NCBI GenBank assembly: GCA_002269645.1
Contig: NIVC01001804.1
Coordinates: 1 to 64,000, forward strand
Length of the DNA: 64,000 nucleotides
Source of the DNA: Macrostomum lignano
Taxonomy: Eukaryota
Reading direction: 5' to 3'
Position 1 is the stretch's first letter, and every line of letters begins with the position of its first letter. The notes under the pieces are model-generated. The model was not told the DNA's origin. It did not search any database and saw only the letters and a list, made by a program, of their open reading frames with translations. This document shows positions 46,272 through 58,466 of the stretch, piece after piece. Position numbers and translations under genes: made by a program.

Positions 46272-48044
46272 TCTATCTTAATAAATCTAAATATACTAAA
46301 TCTCTAATATTTGTTTGTTTGTTTGTTTGTTTGTATGTTTGTCCATAACGCTCTAGAGATTGCAATTCTTCACCGATTTTGATCGCGTTTTCGTCAAAAG
46401 ATTCGAAATTGTCTAATAATAATAATTGTCTAATATGATTGTGTAAACAATCATAGAAGCGTCATGTAAACAGTCATAGAAGCGTCATGGAAGAATAAAA
46501 GAAGCGTCATGTAAAAATCAAAAGAAGCGTCATGTCAGACATGAAAGAAGTGTAATGTAAAAATTAAATGAAGCTATTGTGCTGTGCTGGGGAGACTTAC
46601 TGAGATGTCAAGGCTCACGGAGAATAACTGAGATTACGGAGGGGGGTTTCTGAGATGTCAAAGCAAAAGTCAGAAACTACTTCAAAGTACATGTACTTTA
46701 CTCAAATTTTTTATTACATTCTTTGTTGGCTCGCCACGGGGGGGCGCTGATAGAAGAAGAGTCATGTAAAAAAGAAAAGAAGCACTATGTATACATAAAA
46801 GAAGAGTCATGTCGAAGTTAAAAGATTCATTTGGGAATTGCTACGATGTCAAGGCTTGGAGGGAATCGCTATAGTGCTGTGATTCTTGAAGAAAGAATCA
46901 CTAAATTGTCAAGGCTTAGGGGAAAAGAATTGCTGAGATTTCAAGGCTTTTATAGGTTGGGTTAAAGTTAGGTTTAGGTCAGGTTTGGGTTGAGGGTTAG
47001 ATTTTAGCGGGTTTCAAAGTTAACAGGGGATTTTTCAGATATCGAGGTTTATGGGGGGCATTGCTGACATTTCAAGGCTTACGGGGGAAATAGCTGAGAT
47101 GTCAAGGTTCATGGGGGAATAAATGAGATGTCAAGGCTAAAGTCAGAAGCTACATGTAGTCTATTGAAAACTTTTTTTCATTATTTGTTGGCTCCTCACG
47201 GGAGGGAGGGATCGCTGATAGAAAAAGCGTAATGTAAAAAATAAGAAGCTTAATGTCGAAGTTAAGAGATTCATTTGGGAATCCCTACGATGTCGAGGCT
47301 TGCAGGGAATCGCTATAATGCTGTAGTGCTATAATGACTGTTGGAGAGAATTACTGAAATGTCAATGCTTTAGGGTTAGGGTTAGGGTTAGGGTTAGGGT
47401 TAGGGTTAGGGTAAGGTTAGGGTTGGAAGGTTGACAGATTTTTTTTAGATTTCAAGGCTTTTTGGGGGCATTGCTGAGATGTCAAGGGGGAAGTTGATAT
47501 GTTAAAGCTTGTGGGGGGGGAATTACTGACATATCAAGGCTTACAAGGGACTTCTGATATATATTGCAAAAAGATTCTACATGTACTTTATTACAAAGCT
47601 TGTACTGCATTTTTGGCTCCCCGACGCTAAGATACTAAGCTAAAAAATACTACTAGCGCTTTACAAACTTATGCAGATGTCAGGCTGTAGGGTTAGTGTT
47701 CGGGTTGGTATTAGGGTTTAGGTTTAGGGTTAGGTTCAGGGTTATTGCGTTAAGATTCGTGTTAGGGTTAGGGTTAGAGTAGCTTATAACTTAGCTCATG
47801 TAGCTTATTAAAAATGTTTATCATGGAAGCATCATGCAAAAACAATGGAAGCGTCATATAAAAATCATAGAAGCATCATGCAACAACCCATGGACAAAAT
47901 ATTGAATTTAGGGTTTTGGTTAGGATTTGGGTTAGTGTTAGAAGTTTGACAGGAGATTTTTTAAGATTTCAAGACTACATGTAGCTTATTAAAAAACGCG
48001 TATTGCATTTCTTTGGCTCCCCAACGGGGGGCGTAGATTGCTAG
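46272..48044 (+). mobile_element. Non-autonomous Helitron-like element with internal repeats and TTAGGG-like tracts
   Basis: Begins TCtatcttaataaa...(gttt)n...accgattttgat. Ends with a GC hairpin-like gctccccaacgggggg followed by CTAG (48041-48044) and then T. Several internal copies of the terminal motif; (TTAGGG)n at 47370-47425. Confidence 0.55.
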
Positions 48045-48269
48045 TTAGCTTCTAAATTATTATGAGCATAGTAAACTTCCAACTAAGAAAAATACATTAG
48101 CCTGTGTTCTGAATTTTTATGTATGGCCAAGCTACTACAAAAATGTGAAAAATGCCCACTCAGAGCAACTGCAGTCAGCTGCTCAATATTCAATCATAAT
48201 TTACAGCACATATAGTTTTCATGCATACATTCTCAGACATTCTCATTCTCAGTCGCCATGAAAACTCAC

Positions 48270-50222
48270 CCACGCAGCAGCTCAGCCAGTCTCCAGTTTC
48301 TCTTTTGTGTGGCCAAGGCTAGCGCAGTCCTATACTTATTGTTCTTCAGGCTCCAATCCGCCCCTGAGTCCAGCAGAACCTGACTGACGTGCTGGGGCGC
48401 CCAGCAGGTGACTGCCTGTATGAGGGGTGTGTATTCACACTGATTCCTCGCATTGGCGGAGGCTCCGGCAGCCAGCAGAGCGGAAGCTGCGGCAGAATTG
48501 CCATCTTTGACTGCATGATGCAAACAACTGTCAGCAGCAGTATTCGCACAGGTGGGATCACCAAGCTCCACCAGCTGCTTCCACAGAGCCTCATCACTCC
48601 TCCAAGCTTCGTTCATCGCAATATAACCCCGTCTGTCATAAGCATCCATCTCCACCAGCTTCATCCGATCCTCAGCATTGAGCTGAGCTACGCCCATCAA
48701 CGCGGTGAGACCCAAAAAGTCAGGCAGGTCGCAGCTGTCGCGGGTCGCTGCTCGTCGCAGTCCCACCAAGTCGCGCGCGTTCACCAGCCGCTGCAGCTTC
48801 TGTCGATCCGCCTCCTCCTGCAAAGACGAACGGAAACTTTGAGCACAGCTACTCAGCTGCTGCAACATCAGCACCGCAGATTCCACTCACCTGAGCTGTC
48901 AGACCGGAGATAGTGCCATATTCATCCACAACTAGCCGCATCTCCCTGCAACAGCAAAAATGAGCAGCGATGCGAATATGCAATTTTCTAAAATATGACA
49001 ATTCCGATTGACAAAAAATTTACTTTAATAAGGTCTAGATAATTTTTCATGATAAATTTAGTAAATGGAAATTCCTACTTATCTGAGCTGCTTACAGATG
49101 GAGTTTCCAAGAGGACTGCAGCAGCTCTGCAACAATCAGCATTGGCGAGAGCGCATCCGACTTCTCACACGCAGCTCATTTTCCATTTCTGCAGCATTAG
49201 TTTCCTTCCATCTCACAATGTCTCACAAAGCACTCACGCACAGCCTCCCAGTTCTCCATCTGCAGCTCAACCCACACACTCTCACTGCACACCGAGGCCC
49301 TACAGCTTCCATTCTTGACTGAGATCAACCGGCACCCCATTGGCTGGGAGGCAGCCAGCTTATCAAGCAGCGAACTGCTCACTCACCGCTTGATGTAGCT
49401 GGCCAGCTCTGAGTGGCCGCTGAGCCTCGCCAGTGCGGACGCTGTCCAATCTTCGAGATCTTTCAGTCTGAGCAGCCGCGACCTCTTCGAGTTTCTGTGC
49501 TGTCTGCATTCATTGAACCTGTCCTGCCTCAGCAGGTGCAGCAGGTGCTTGGCGCATTTCCAGCTTCCAGTCCGCGCCGCCTCCATCAGCGGAGTGGCGC
49601 CGTTGTCATTCCGCAGCCACTTCGCATCGAACGACAGCAGCGTCAGCAGCCGCAGGTGGTCCCGCCGGGCTGCCAGGTGCGCAGCCGTGTTGCCGTTCGC
49701 GTCAGCTGCCTTGGGGATTGCGCCCAGCTCAAATAAGTACAAGATGCACTTTTCAGTGTGCACGGGAGTCTCAGGAGCGTCGGCCACCAGCATGAGGACG
49801 GTCCGACGATCTGCATCAGCGCTGGTGACCAGCTGGCGCGTTGCCAGCCGCCGCACCTTGCCGAAGTCACCTTGGATGACGAGCTTGGCGAGAGTGTGGA
49901 GATCGGCTGGTGAGTCTCCGACGCTTTCCCGGTTGCTGGGGTCCGGCTTAGTGAGTTGCTGCAACTGCAATTAAAGCATCTCTAACCTAAGTGCAAATCT
50001 TAGCACTGAAGTATTTTAGGAGACTTGAATTTACGAGCGTATGAGCTACTGGAGTAGCTGAGAGATGACTAATTTATTACTAATTATTAGTTACTAATTA
50101 CAGATTACTAGTCAATTTCAATAACTTCAACTTACCGCTCTGTCAGAGAACATGGTTATTTTTTCGCTTTCTGACGAAGTGCTTGACGTGCTCAAAGAGC
50201 TTGAACTTGAAGAGCTGGACAT
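48270..50222 (-). CDS. Ankyrin-repeat protein (two ankyrin modules), paralogue A
   Basis: Predicted exons 50222-50136, 49964-49387, 48945-48891, 48817-48270 are phase-consistent, plus a probable tiny terminal exon near 48190. Ankyrin motifs DANGNTAAHLAA, NDNGATPLMEAA, DFLGLTALMGVA, SCLHHAV, YTPLIQAV. Confidence 0.78.
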
Positions 50223-51959
50223 GGCAAAGCGCAGGGTGCTTGTTGGCGCAGGATGGCTGGGAAGTTCGGCATTGGGGCGGGGCAGGGACCTCTGCGGCAG
50301 ATTTTATTGCTTTGGCTGCTCGCGGAGGACTGGCTGAGCGGCTTTGCTGTTCATCTCTTGCATTGTACTGAAGACCAGATAGGCAGGCTGCACAGTGCGC
50401 AATACGATGCATATTTTATGCTGTGCTGTGAAACAATAACTTCTCTTCTCATCTCACCCGTCTCTCTAATTAGCAACAGTCTTTCAAAAGCTGAGGTTAG
50501 CATTATCTAAAAATGGGCTTGCTGCCAGGACCATTAAATAGACAATGGGCAGGTATCCAATGGGCCGTTGGAAATTTAATTTTCTTCACGAATGCCAGAA
50601 TGTTTTTTGTAATATAAAACAACGAATGAACAAAATACGCTCGTAGTAGCAATTATAACGGTTAGAATAAATCGGCTTCAACGAATTATCACTACAATCA
50701 ATTTAAAGACGCCACAACCCTCCCACTCTCAATCTCCATCTCGTAGGCTAAACGTTTGCATTTTTCTCAGCAGGTGGTACAGTATTCTGACCTGTCGATC
50801 CAAAAGGGTGGCCAACGCGAACATCTGATAAGTTGACCCTGCAACCAATGCATTCCAGGCATAAAAAAGTTCGATCGCTCAATCTCGATTGGCTATTGTC
50901 GATTTAGGCTGCCCATTGTCGAGATCAGTATCTTACCAAATGGTATGTAGGTGTGTCATCGCTATTGGCTTGATTTGTGGCATCCTGACCTGACTCCATA
51001 TCCACAAAGAATTGTGTTGTGTCGTGTAACTTGACAGGCCAACTTCATTATAATTATTACGCTAATGTTTCTGGTATAACGTAAATGCTAATTATAGTAT
51101 TAATATTATTCCTGTCATTTACTTATACTGCCACTTTAAGTAGAGTAGTTGATAAAGTACCTGTACAATTTATCATTAATCACGCTACATCTTTGGCTCT
51201 TGAATTTATCGATCGTGCAGTTTCTCTAGCGTGAATAAAATATCGATCATGTCGTTTTTCTAAAATGCTAAATACACTAAAGACTAAAATATATATAAAG
51301 CAACTGTGCGCACCTAGAAATTTACTCTGCAACTCATCTGGAAACTTCAAGTCTCGGCTATACAACAAATTGCAGTTGAACGACAAATCAATTTCATCAA
51401 TATGGACTAAATTTCCACGAGTAGAAAGTGGTTAAAACCTGCTCCGGTTAGTTAGTTTTTGATGCCTTATCTGATTTTCCAACACTGCACATCTGTTTAT
51501 ATAGGCCTATGACATTTGAACTTTTACAAATCCTCTTGCTCTTTGAAATCTTTGCAGTTTGACGTGTGTATGCCGATGTCTATGGCCAGAAAGTCAGAGG
51601 TCACATATAACGGTCTCGAGGCGAGCGAGATGAGACTATACCTTTTAGTTTTAACAATTTTTTTGGACATTAGTGAAGTTAATTTAGTCATTAGTCAGCT
51701 CAGTCCTAGAAAAGTCATAGACTATAGACTATATAGACCATAGACTATAGTTAAGAAATGAAATCGATTTAGTCAAGTGCCACGTATTTAAACCTTTCCA
51801 TGACTTGATTTTAGTCAAAGTGAATTTTATTTAGTCATCATGGCGGCAGAGTTCATGGCTTGCAAAGTTTGGTTGCAGAGTTCATGGCTGAACTGTCTGC
51901 ATTGGTTGATGAGCCGTTCTGCCTTCTGCCGTTCATCAAGCCTGCAGCTGACCAAGTTG

Positions 51960-52415
51960 TCCAGTTACTTTGATCGCTCGACTGGAGAACGACTACAGGA
52001 TGAAGTGATTTACACTTTATTGTATGTCTTGGGAGAGCGCGGTCAAGAGCACCTCCAACACCTTCGTCAGAGAGACATACTCGTAGAAAAAGAAGACGGC
52101 GACGGCAAGAAGTATTACGAGCTACCTAACCTCAGAACCAAGAACCAGAGTGCCAATCCAGTCAAGGCCAAAGGTTTCAACACAAAGCAAGCGAGAATCT
52201 ATGGCGGTCAGTATGAACTCATTAAGACCTACCTTCAAGTCCTGCCCAACGAAACCAAGGACAATTCGTTTTTTCCAAGACCGATGGCAAATAAAGAAGG
52301 ACAGCTGCAGTTTTCAACTAAGCAGGTTCGTGGGATCAATTGGTTAGGATCGTTCATGACTCGATTAAGCACCCTGTGTGAGCTCAGCAAAAAGTATACG
52401 AACCATTGCATTCGA
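51960..52415 (+). mobile_element. Crypton-type tyrosine-recombinase transposon fragment (DUF3504-like), 3'-truncated
   Basis: LQDEVIYTLLYVLGERGQEHL...TKN...ARIY...FFPRP...RGINWLGSFMTRLSTLCELSKKYTNHCIR follows the Crypton/KCTD1/ZMYM-type recombinase pattern; similarity stops right after the HxxR box. Confidence 0.75.
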
Positions 52416-52499
52416 GTAATCCATAGCTACTGGGAAAACACTTGGTACTTGGCAGTTTCTGTTGGGAGCGCGAGGTTTTCCAGCACGCGGTTCATCACG

Positions 52500-52506
<7 letters not shown>

Positions 52507-52530
<24 letters not shown>

Positions 52531-52677
52531 TGACTGACTGACTGACTGACTGACTGACTGACTGACTGACTGACTGACTGACTGACTGACTGACTGACTG
52601 ACTGACTGACTGACTGACTGACTGACTGACTGACTGACTGACTGACTGACTGACTGACTGACTGACTGACTGACTGA
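52507..52677. repeat. (CTGA)n microsatellite at the 3' end of the Mab-21 reading frame
   Basis: Pure CTGA run of ~170 nt. Confidence 0.95.
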
Positions 52678-52679
52678 TG

Positions 52680-55062
52680 GTCGGACCAAAAGCAAAACTT
52701 CCACGCCGAGTCGCGGCTGCTCAGATGCCACATCACGAACTCCACAGTCGCTTCAGTCGCCGACTTCTCACGAGACCAAGCGATGCCTCTGCTTACCGAG
52801 TGACCTGAGCACGAGCTCACGACTCTCTCTGCAGTTTCTCGGTCATCAAACTTCAGGCAAGCCAGCGCTCTGAGAGCCTCCCGTGCTGAGAGGGCGCAGT
52901 CTGGCAGTCTGGCAATCAGCTCTGTGAGCGACTCCTGAGATCGCTGGCTGCAGTCACTGCGCGAGAGACGCACCAGACACTCTCTCACCACGTCGTAGAT
53001 CTGATAGTACTCGAGAGCACTGGACTTCGCGAGGGGCATCGGACTCAGATCCGGCAGGATTTGGAACGGGTGGAAGTAGAATGTGCCTGAGTCGCTCACA
53101 GGTCTGAGACTGCCGATGAACTGCTGCAGCAGTTGGGGCAGCCGATCGATTACTGTTCTCAGTGTGCTCATGATGCGGTCCAAATGCTGGTCCGCTCTCT
53201 CCTTAGCCGCACCCTTGAGGTAGATGGCCGCATCGCTGAGAAAGAAATGGTTCATGATGCGACCCCGAGATCGGTCAGGTGTGTCAGGTGTTTGTCCTGC
53301 TCTCGGCTCTTCTCCACACAGTCGAGCAGCATCTGCAGCGACTGTCTCGTGAGACTCACGAGGTTCTCCTTCTTCCACTGCTCGACCGGCGTCTCATCCA
53401 CCATTCGGAAGGTGATGGTCTTCACGTGGTAGGACTTCAAGCCTCGCTGATTGAAGCCATCTTTGTGACAGATGACCTTCTTGACCAGGTATTTGAGTGT
53501 GACGAACAGTTGGCCTTGCAGGGTAGTGAGACTTCGCAGCATCCGGTTCTCCAGGAAGCTGGTGCTCACGCGGAGCTCTTCGCCTCCTCGGTCAGGAGAG
53601 GCTGCGTACACCACGTGACAGGGCGATGAGTCGGAGGTGAGAACCTCCTGGAGAGCCTCCAGCACAGGATGGGGGATGTTGGAGATGCGGTTTGGCAGCA
53701 GCGGCGCGATGGGCGGGTAGCGGCAGAGACGGCATGCAGAGACATTGTCCAGCGCTGGCTTCAGTGTGCATCCGGGCGTCGGATAAGCAGGATTTGAGGC
53801 TGTAAAAACGATTCGGTTCCCGATCGGGAAAAATACAACTTTGAGTCTGTGCAGTGATGCTTTGGACTGAAATACCAAAACCGCTCAAACAAATGGCACG
53901 ATATTTGCAGCCACCCTAAACTCACTACGGAGAAGGTCTTTGTTACCTTAAAATTCTTTAAATTCGAGTTCTTCTTACCTAAAAGTGCAAAAAAGCTACG
54001 AGCTAACTTGCGTAATTTTTAACTGAATCCTCCGTAGCGTTGCTCCACTTTTACCAATGCTACTCAAACATGACACTTAAAATCTTGCCAAGTTTTCTTA
54101 AATTCTTGCCAGAATGGACTAATCCCAGCACACGGAACTCAAGGACATAATTGAACCGTTTGTTGTGAACCTTCTTAAACAAAAACTTCTACTGTCCATT
54201 TGCACTTTTAATATTGAATTATATTTTACCACTCCTCACGTGTTCTTTATTAGTTTTGCTGATGTTTTGCATCCCTACACTGCTTAGTTTCTGTAGAACA
54301 CTTAAACAGTATCATTACTTTTCTCTCGTACGAGTTTGCCACCGCTTCTTATCATTTTACATCAAAGCTACATATTAATCCCAACTCCTTGCCTCCGATT
54401 ATAAAATGCAAATGTATCACCTCTATCCTAACTATTAACAAGCTTTGTTTGAGCATGACTTCAGATTTCAGAATTTCATGCTTAAAAAAGATCCAGAGTT
54501 AAAAGTCCGCAGGTTGCAACAGCTTGCACATAATAAATGCATGTTGCCAACACAGACCGTCAGGACAGTCAGGCTCTTGTTTAGATCTGCTTACTGAGCT
54601 TAGCTATACTATCGCATACAGAATGTTCTACACCAATGCTTTACACGCTAAAAGCAAACGTCTCTAGCAATCACTAACTGAACTATTAGACCATCTCATT
54701 CCCAAAGAGAGAACTCACCGAATCCTGAACACTGAATGTGCCCGTTCACCAACTCGTGCTGCTCCGGAGCTCCATCGCACTCGCACAGGCCTCTCTGGTG
54801 GTATTCTCGGCCGGGAGTCAACTCTATCACATCAATATCGGAATTGGCGTCAGTTCTGCCGTTCAGTGTCGTCAAGCTGTTGCCCCAGCCTTCTGAGTAG
54901 CTGCCGACGACAAAGTATGAAGGGTTTCTCAGTCGACTTCTTAGAATCTGCTGCAGGGCATCAGCAGCCGCGCTCTGCAATGCGGCTCGGGATTCGGTGA
55001 AGCCTGACTGCTCCAGTGCCGAGTGAAGCTGCTCGCTCAGCTCTGAGTCGCTGGGACTGCAT
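52680..55062 (-). CDS. Mab-21/cGAS-like nucleotidyltransferase (cGLR) domain exons, with one frameshift near 53292
   Basis: Exon 55062-54719 has VVGSYSEG...NSDIDVIEL. The exon from 53799 has ALDNVSACRLCRYP, PCHVVYAAS, LRVSTSFLENRMLRSL, FVTLKYL, LKSYHVKTITF. After a 1-nt shift the frame continues TPDRSRGRIMNHFFLSDAAIYL...WKFCF. Confidence 0.8.
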
Positions 55063-55983
55063 CTAAAATGTGAGTTGATGGTGAAAAACGTGCAGGCGTC
55101 TAGAATGGTTAGTTGAATAATTTGTGCTTAAATTTGAATTTTAGCTCGTATTTGACTAGCATAAGGCAGCAGTCTTAAACAGTGCATGAATTGATATCAT
55201 GGCAGTTGATCCTTTTAGTCCTTTTAGTTTTAGTATATGAATTTAGTTTTTTTATCGGCCGCAGCAGACTTGTCTGTGTCTATGACTTAATGTGAGCCGC
55301 GCTGTACGTTAAATAAGATTTATATGTAAAGAGGCAAAGCTGGCAAGAAAGCCAAAAGAAAATACAAAGAAACTGTGGGAGCAAAGACTCTCGAAAGAAC
55401 CACAACATAACAGTGGCATCGCGAGCAGGATCAACTACAGGCATGAGTAAGCAAGGCGAAAAAATAGTCGGCTCCCCTACAAAAGCAGGAGCAGGTCCAC
55501 CGGCTGGCCAGTTGACCAAGGCAGCAGTCTCTGTTGTCAAGACTCCAGTTATTGAAATTTAGAGAAATTTTTTACATGTTTTGTTCCTGAAAATTTTCCA
55601 ATTTCCATAACTCGCTATGCAGTGTCTGTCGTATGGTTAGCACGTAGGAAGTGTTGATAAAACGATGAGGATTTGAGACTAGATTTTTGCACTGGAGGTG
55701 GGATGGGGCAGGCTGGAGGTGAAGGTCGTGAAATCCACATTCACACTGCATATACTTCTGAGTCACCGATAAACCTTGTGAGCATTGATATCAGCCATGT
55801 CATTCCATATTGACTCAGCATTTTGCAAGCTTTTGCTTTCCACTGCTTGTGTGTTGTTCCAACTTCTAAAACTGCCTATCATTACCGCTTGCTTGTACAA
55901 TTACACAATTTTCTTCGAAGTCGTAAAAACTCGAAAAGGAATAAAAGACGATGAAAAAAACAAATCAAAGGACTGAAACTTAC

Positions 55984-58031
55984 CCAAATTGTGACTGTTT
56001 TTGTGGCTCTTCCACAGCAACTGTATTTTTAGCCACTTCTTGAAGATTACTGTGCTCAACCTTGGCGTCAGCTTGTGCTTTGATGAGTGAGCTCACAACT
56101 TGGTGGTGACCAATCTGTGATGCAATGTAGAGAGTTGAAACGCCTTGGATTTGTTGAAGATTGACGTAAGCTTGTGCCTTGATGAGTGAGCTCACAACTT
56201 GGTGGTGACCATACTGTGATGCAATGTAGAGAGTTGAAACGCCTTGGATTTGTTGAAGATTGACGTAAGCTTGTGCCTTGATGAGTGAGCTCACAACTTG
56301 GTGGTGACCATACTGTGATGCAATGTAGAGAGTTGAAACGCCTTGGATTTGTTGAAGATCGACGTCAGCTTGTGCTTTGATGAGTGAGCTTACAACTTGG
56401 TGGTGACCATTCTGTGATGCAATTAGGAGAGGTGAGCAGCCATCGCTTCGTTGAAGATTGACGTCAGCTTGTGCTTTGATGAGTGAGCTCACAACTTGGT
56501 GCTGACCTTGCTTTGATGCAATGTAGAGAGGTGACTCGCCAGTGTTTCGTTGAAGATTGACGTCAGCTTGTGCTTTGATGAGTGAGATCACTACTTGGTG
56601 GTGACCTTTCTGTGATGCAACGTAGAGAGGTGAGCAGCCACTGACTTCTTGAAGATTGACGTCAGCTTGTGCTTTGATGAGTGAGCTCACAACTTGGTGG
56701 TGACCAAAATGTGATGCAATGTAGAGAGGTGACTCGCCAGTGTTTCGTTGAAGATTGACGTCAGCTTGTGCTTTGATGAGTGAGCTCACAACTTGGTGGT
56801 GACCTTGCTGTGATGCAAAGTAGAGAGGTGAGCAGCCATCGCTTCGTTGAAGATTGACGTCAGCTTGTGCTTTGATGAGTGAGCTCACAACTTGGTGGTG
56901 ACCATTGTGTGATGCAATTAGGAGAGGTGAAGCGTCTTGGATTTGTTGAAGATTGATGTCAGCTTGTGCTTTGATGAGTGAGCTCACAACTTGGTGGTGA
57001 CCTTGCTGTGATGCAATGTAGAGAGGTGAGCAGCCATCGCTCCGTTGAAGATTGACGTCAGCTTGTGCTTTGATGAGTGAGCTCACAACTTGGTGGTGAC
57101 CTTGCTGTGATGCAAAGTAGAGAGGTGAGCAGCCATCGCTCCGTTGAAGATTGACGTCAGCTTGTGCTTTGATGAGTGAGCTCACAACTTGGTGGTGACC
57201 ATTGTGTGATGCAATTAGGAGAGGTGAAGCGTCTTTGATTTGTTGAAGATTGATGTCAGCTTGTGCTTTGATGAGTGAGCTCACAACTTGGTGGTGACCT
57301 TGCTGTGATGCAATGTAGAGAGGTGAGCAGCCATCGCTCCGTTGAAGATTGACGTCAGCTTGTGCTTTGATGAGTGAGCTCACAACTTGGTGGTGACCTT
57401 GCTGTGATGCAAAGTAGAGAGGTGAGCAGCCATCGCTCCGTTGAAGATTGACGTCAGCTTGTGCTTTGATGAGTGAGCTTACAACTTGGTGGTGACCTTG
57501 CTGTGATGCAAAGTAGAGAGGTGAGCAGCCATCGCTCCGTTGAAGATTGACGTCAGCTTGTGCTTTGATGAGTGAGCTCACAACTTGGTGGTGACCCATC
57601 AGTGATGCAATGTAGAGAGGTGAAGCGCCTTTGATTTGTTGAAGATTGACGTCAGCTTGTGCTTTGATGAGTGCGCTCACAACTTGGTGGTGACCATTTT
57701 GTGATGCAATGTAGAGGGGTGAATAGCCATCGGCTTCTTGAAGATTGACGTCAGCTCGGGCTTGAATGAACATTTCAACAATTTTGTCTTTTCCCATTGC
57801 ACACGCAAAGTGAAGCGGCGAGAATGTCATCTCATTGATTCTGAAGAGCCTATCAACGTTAGAAGGAATCTGCAGGTATCGTGAAATTTTTGTTTCATTT
57901 TCGAACATAACGGCTTCCAGGATCTCCTGCTGATCAGTACCATCAAGGCCCTCGCTTTGGCCTGCGGACCTGCCGAAGGTCTGCTTCAGAACTGCTGCAA
58001 TCGCTGTCAAGATTCTCCAAAGAGCTTCCAT
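55984..58031 (-). CDS. Ankyrin-repeat exon (18 near-identical 33-aa repeats); probable exon 1 of an ANK-cGLR gene
   Basis: ATG at 58031; repeats of xSPLY(I/F)ASxxGHHQVVSSLIKAQADVNLQxxxG; ends TTT GG|GTAAGT (phase 2), matching the phase-2 acceptor at 55062. Confidence 0.9.
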
Positions 58032-58244
58032 TTTGGTTCGTTATCGGTGCTGTGGAATGCGGAGAGCGCCGCATTTTGCTGGAATTTATCTATTATTGCT
58101 CATTTGCGTCACAATTGTCTGCCATTGGCAGCGCTGCCACCGCCAATTGAAATAAATGAGGCTTGGGTGCGGTTCTGCTTGGCTACAGAATTATAAGCTG
58201 CATAAAATGCAGTCATAAGAATAATTGCTAATCTAGCTGCTGCT

Positions 58245-58299
58245 GTCTGTCTGTCTGTGTGTCTGACTTAGTGTCCGTCTTAGTGTCTGTCTGTCTATA

Positions 58300-58372
<73 letters not shown>

Positions 58373-58412
58373 GGCTGTCTGTCTGTATATCTGTCTCTCT
58401 GTCTGTCTGTCT
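58245..58412. repeat. (GTCT)n microsatellite
   Basis: GTCT run. Confidence 0.9.
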
Positions 58413-58466
58413 ATAATGCTATACACAGGCACACACTCATACAGATGCTCACACAGGGTGTACAGC

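Noticed and set aside
47370-47425. True telomere or chromosome-fusion site
   Set aside because: Only about 9 units, degenerate, and repeated at several positions inside a Helitron-like element.
55280-55790. Possible extra exons between the ankyrin and Mab-21 exons
   Set aside because: The candidate frames hit stops or have the wrong phase, while direct phase-2 joining works.
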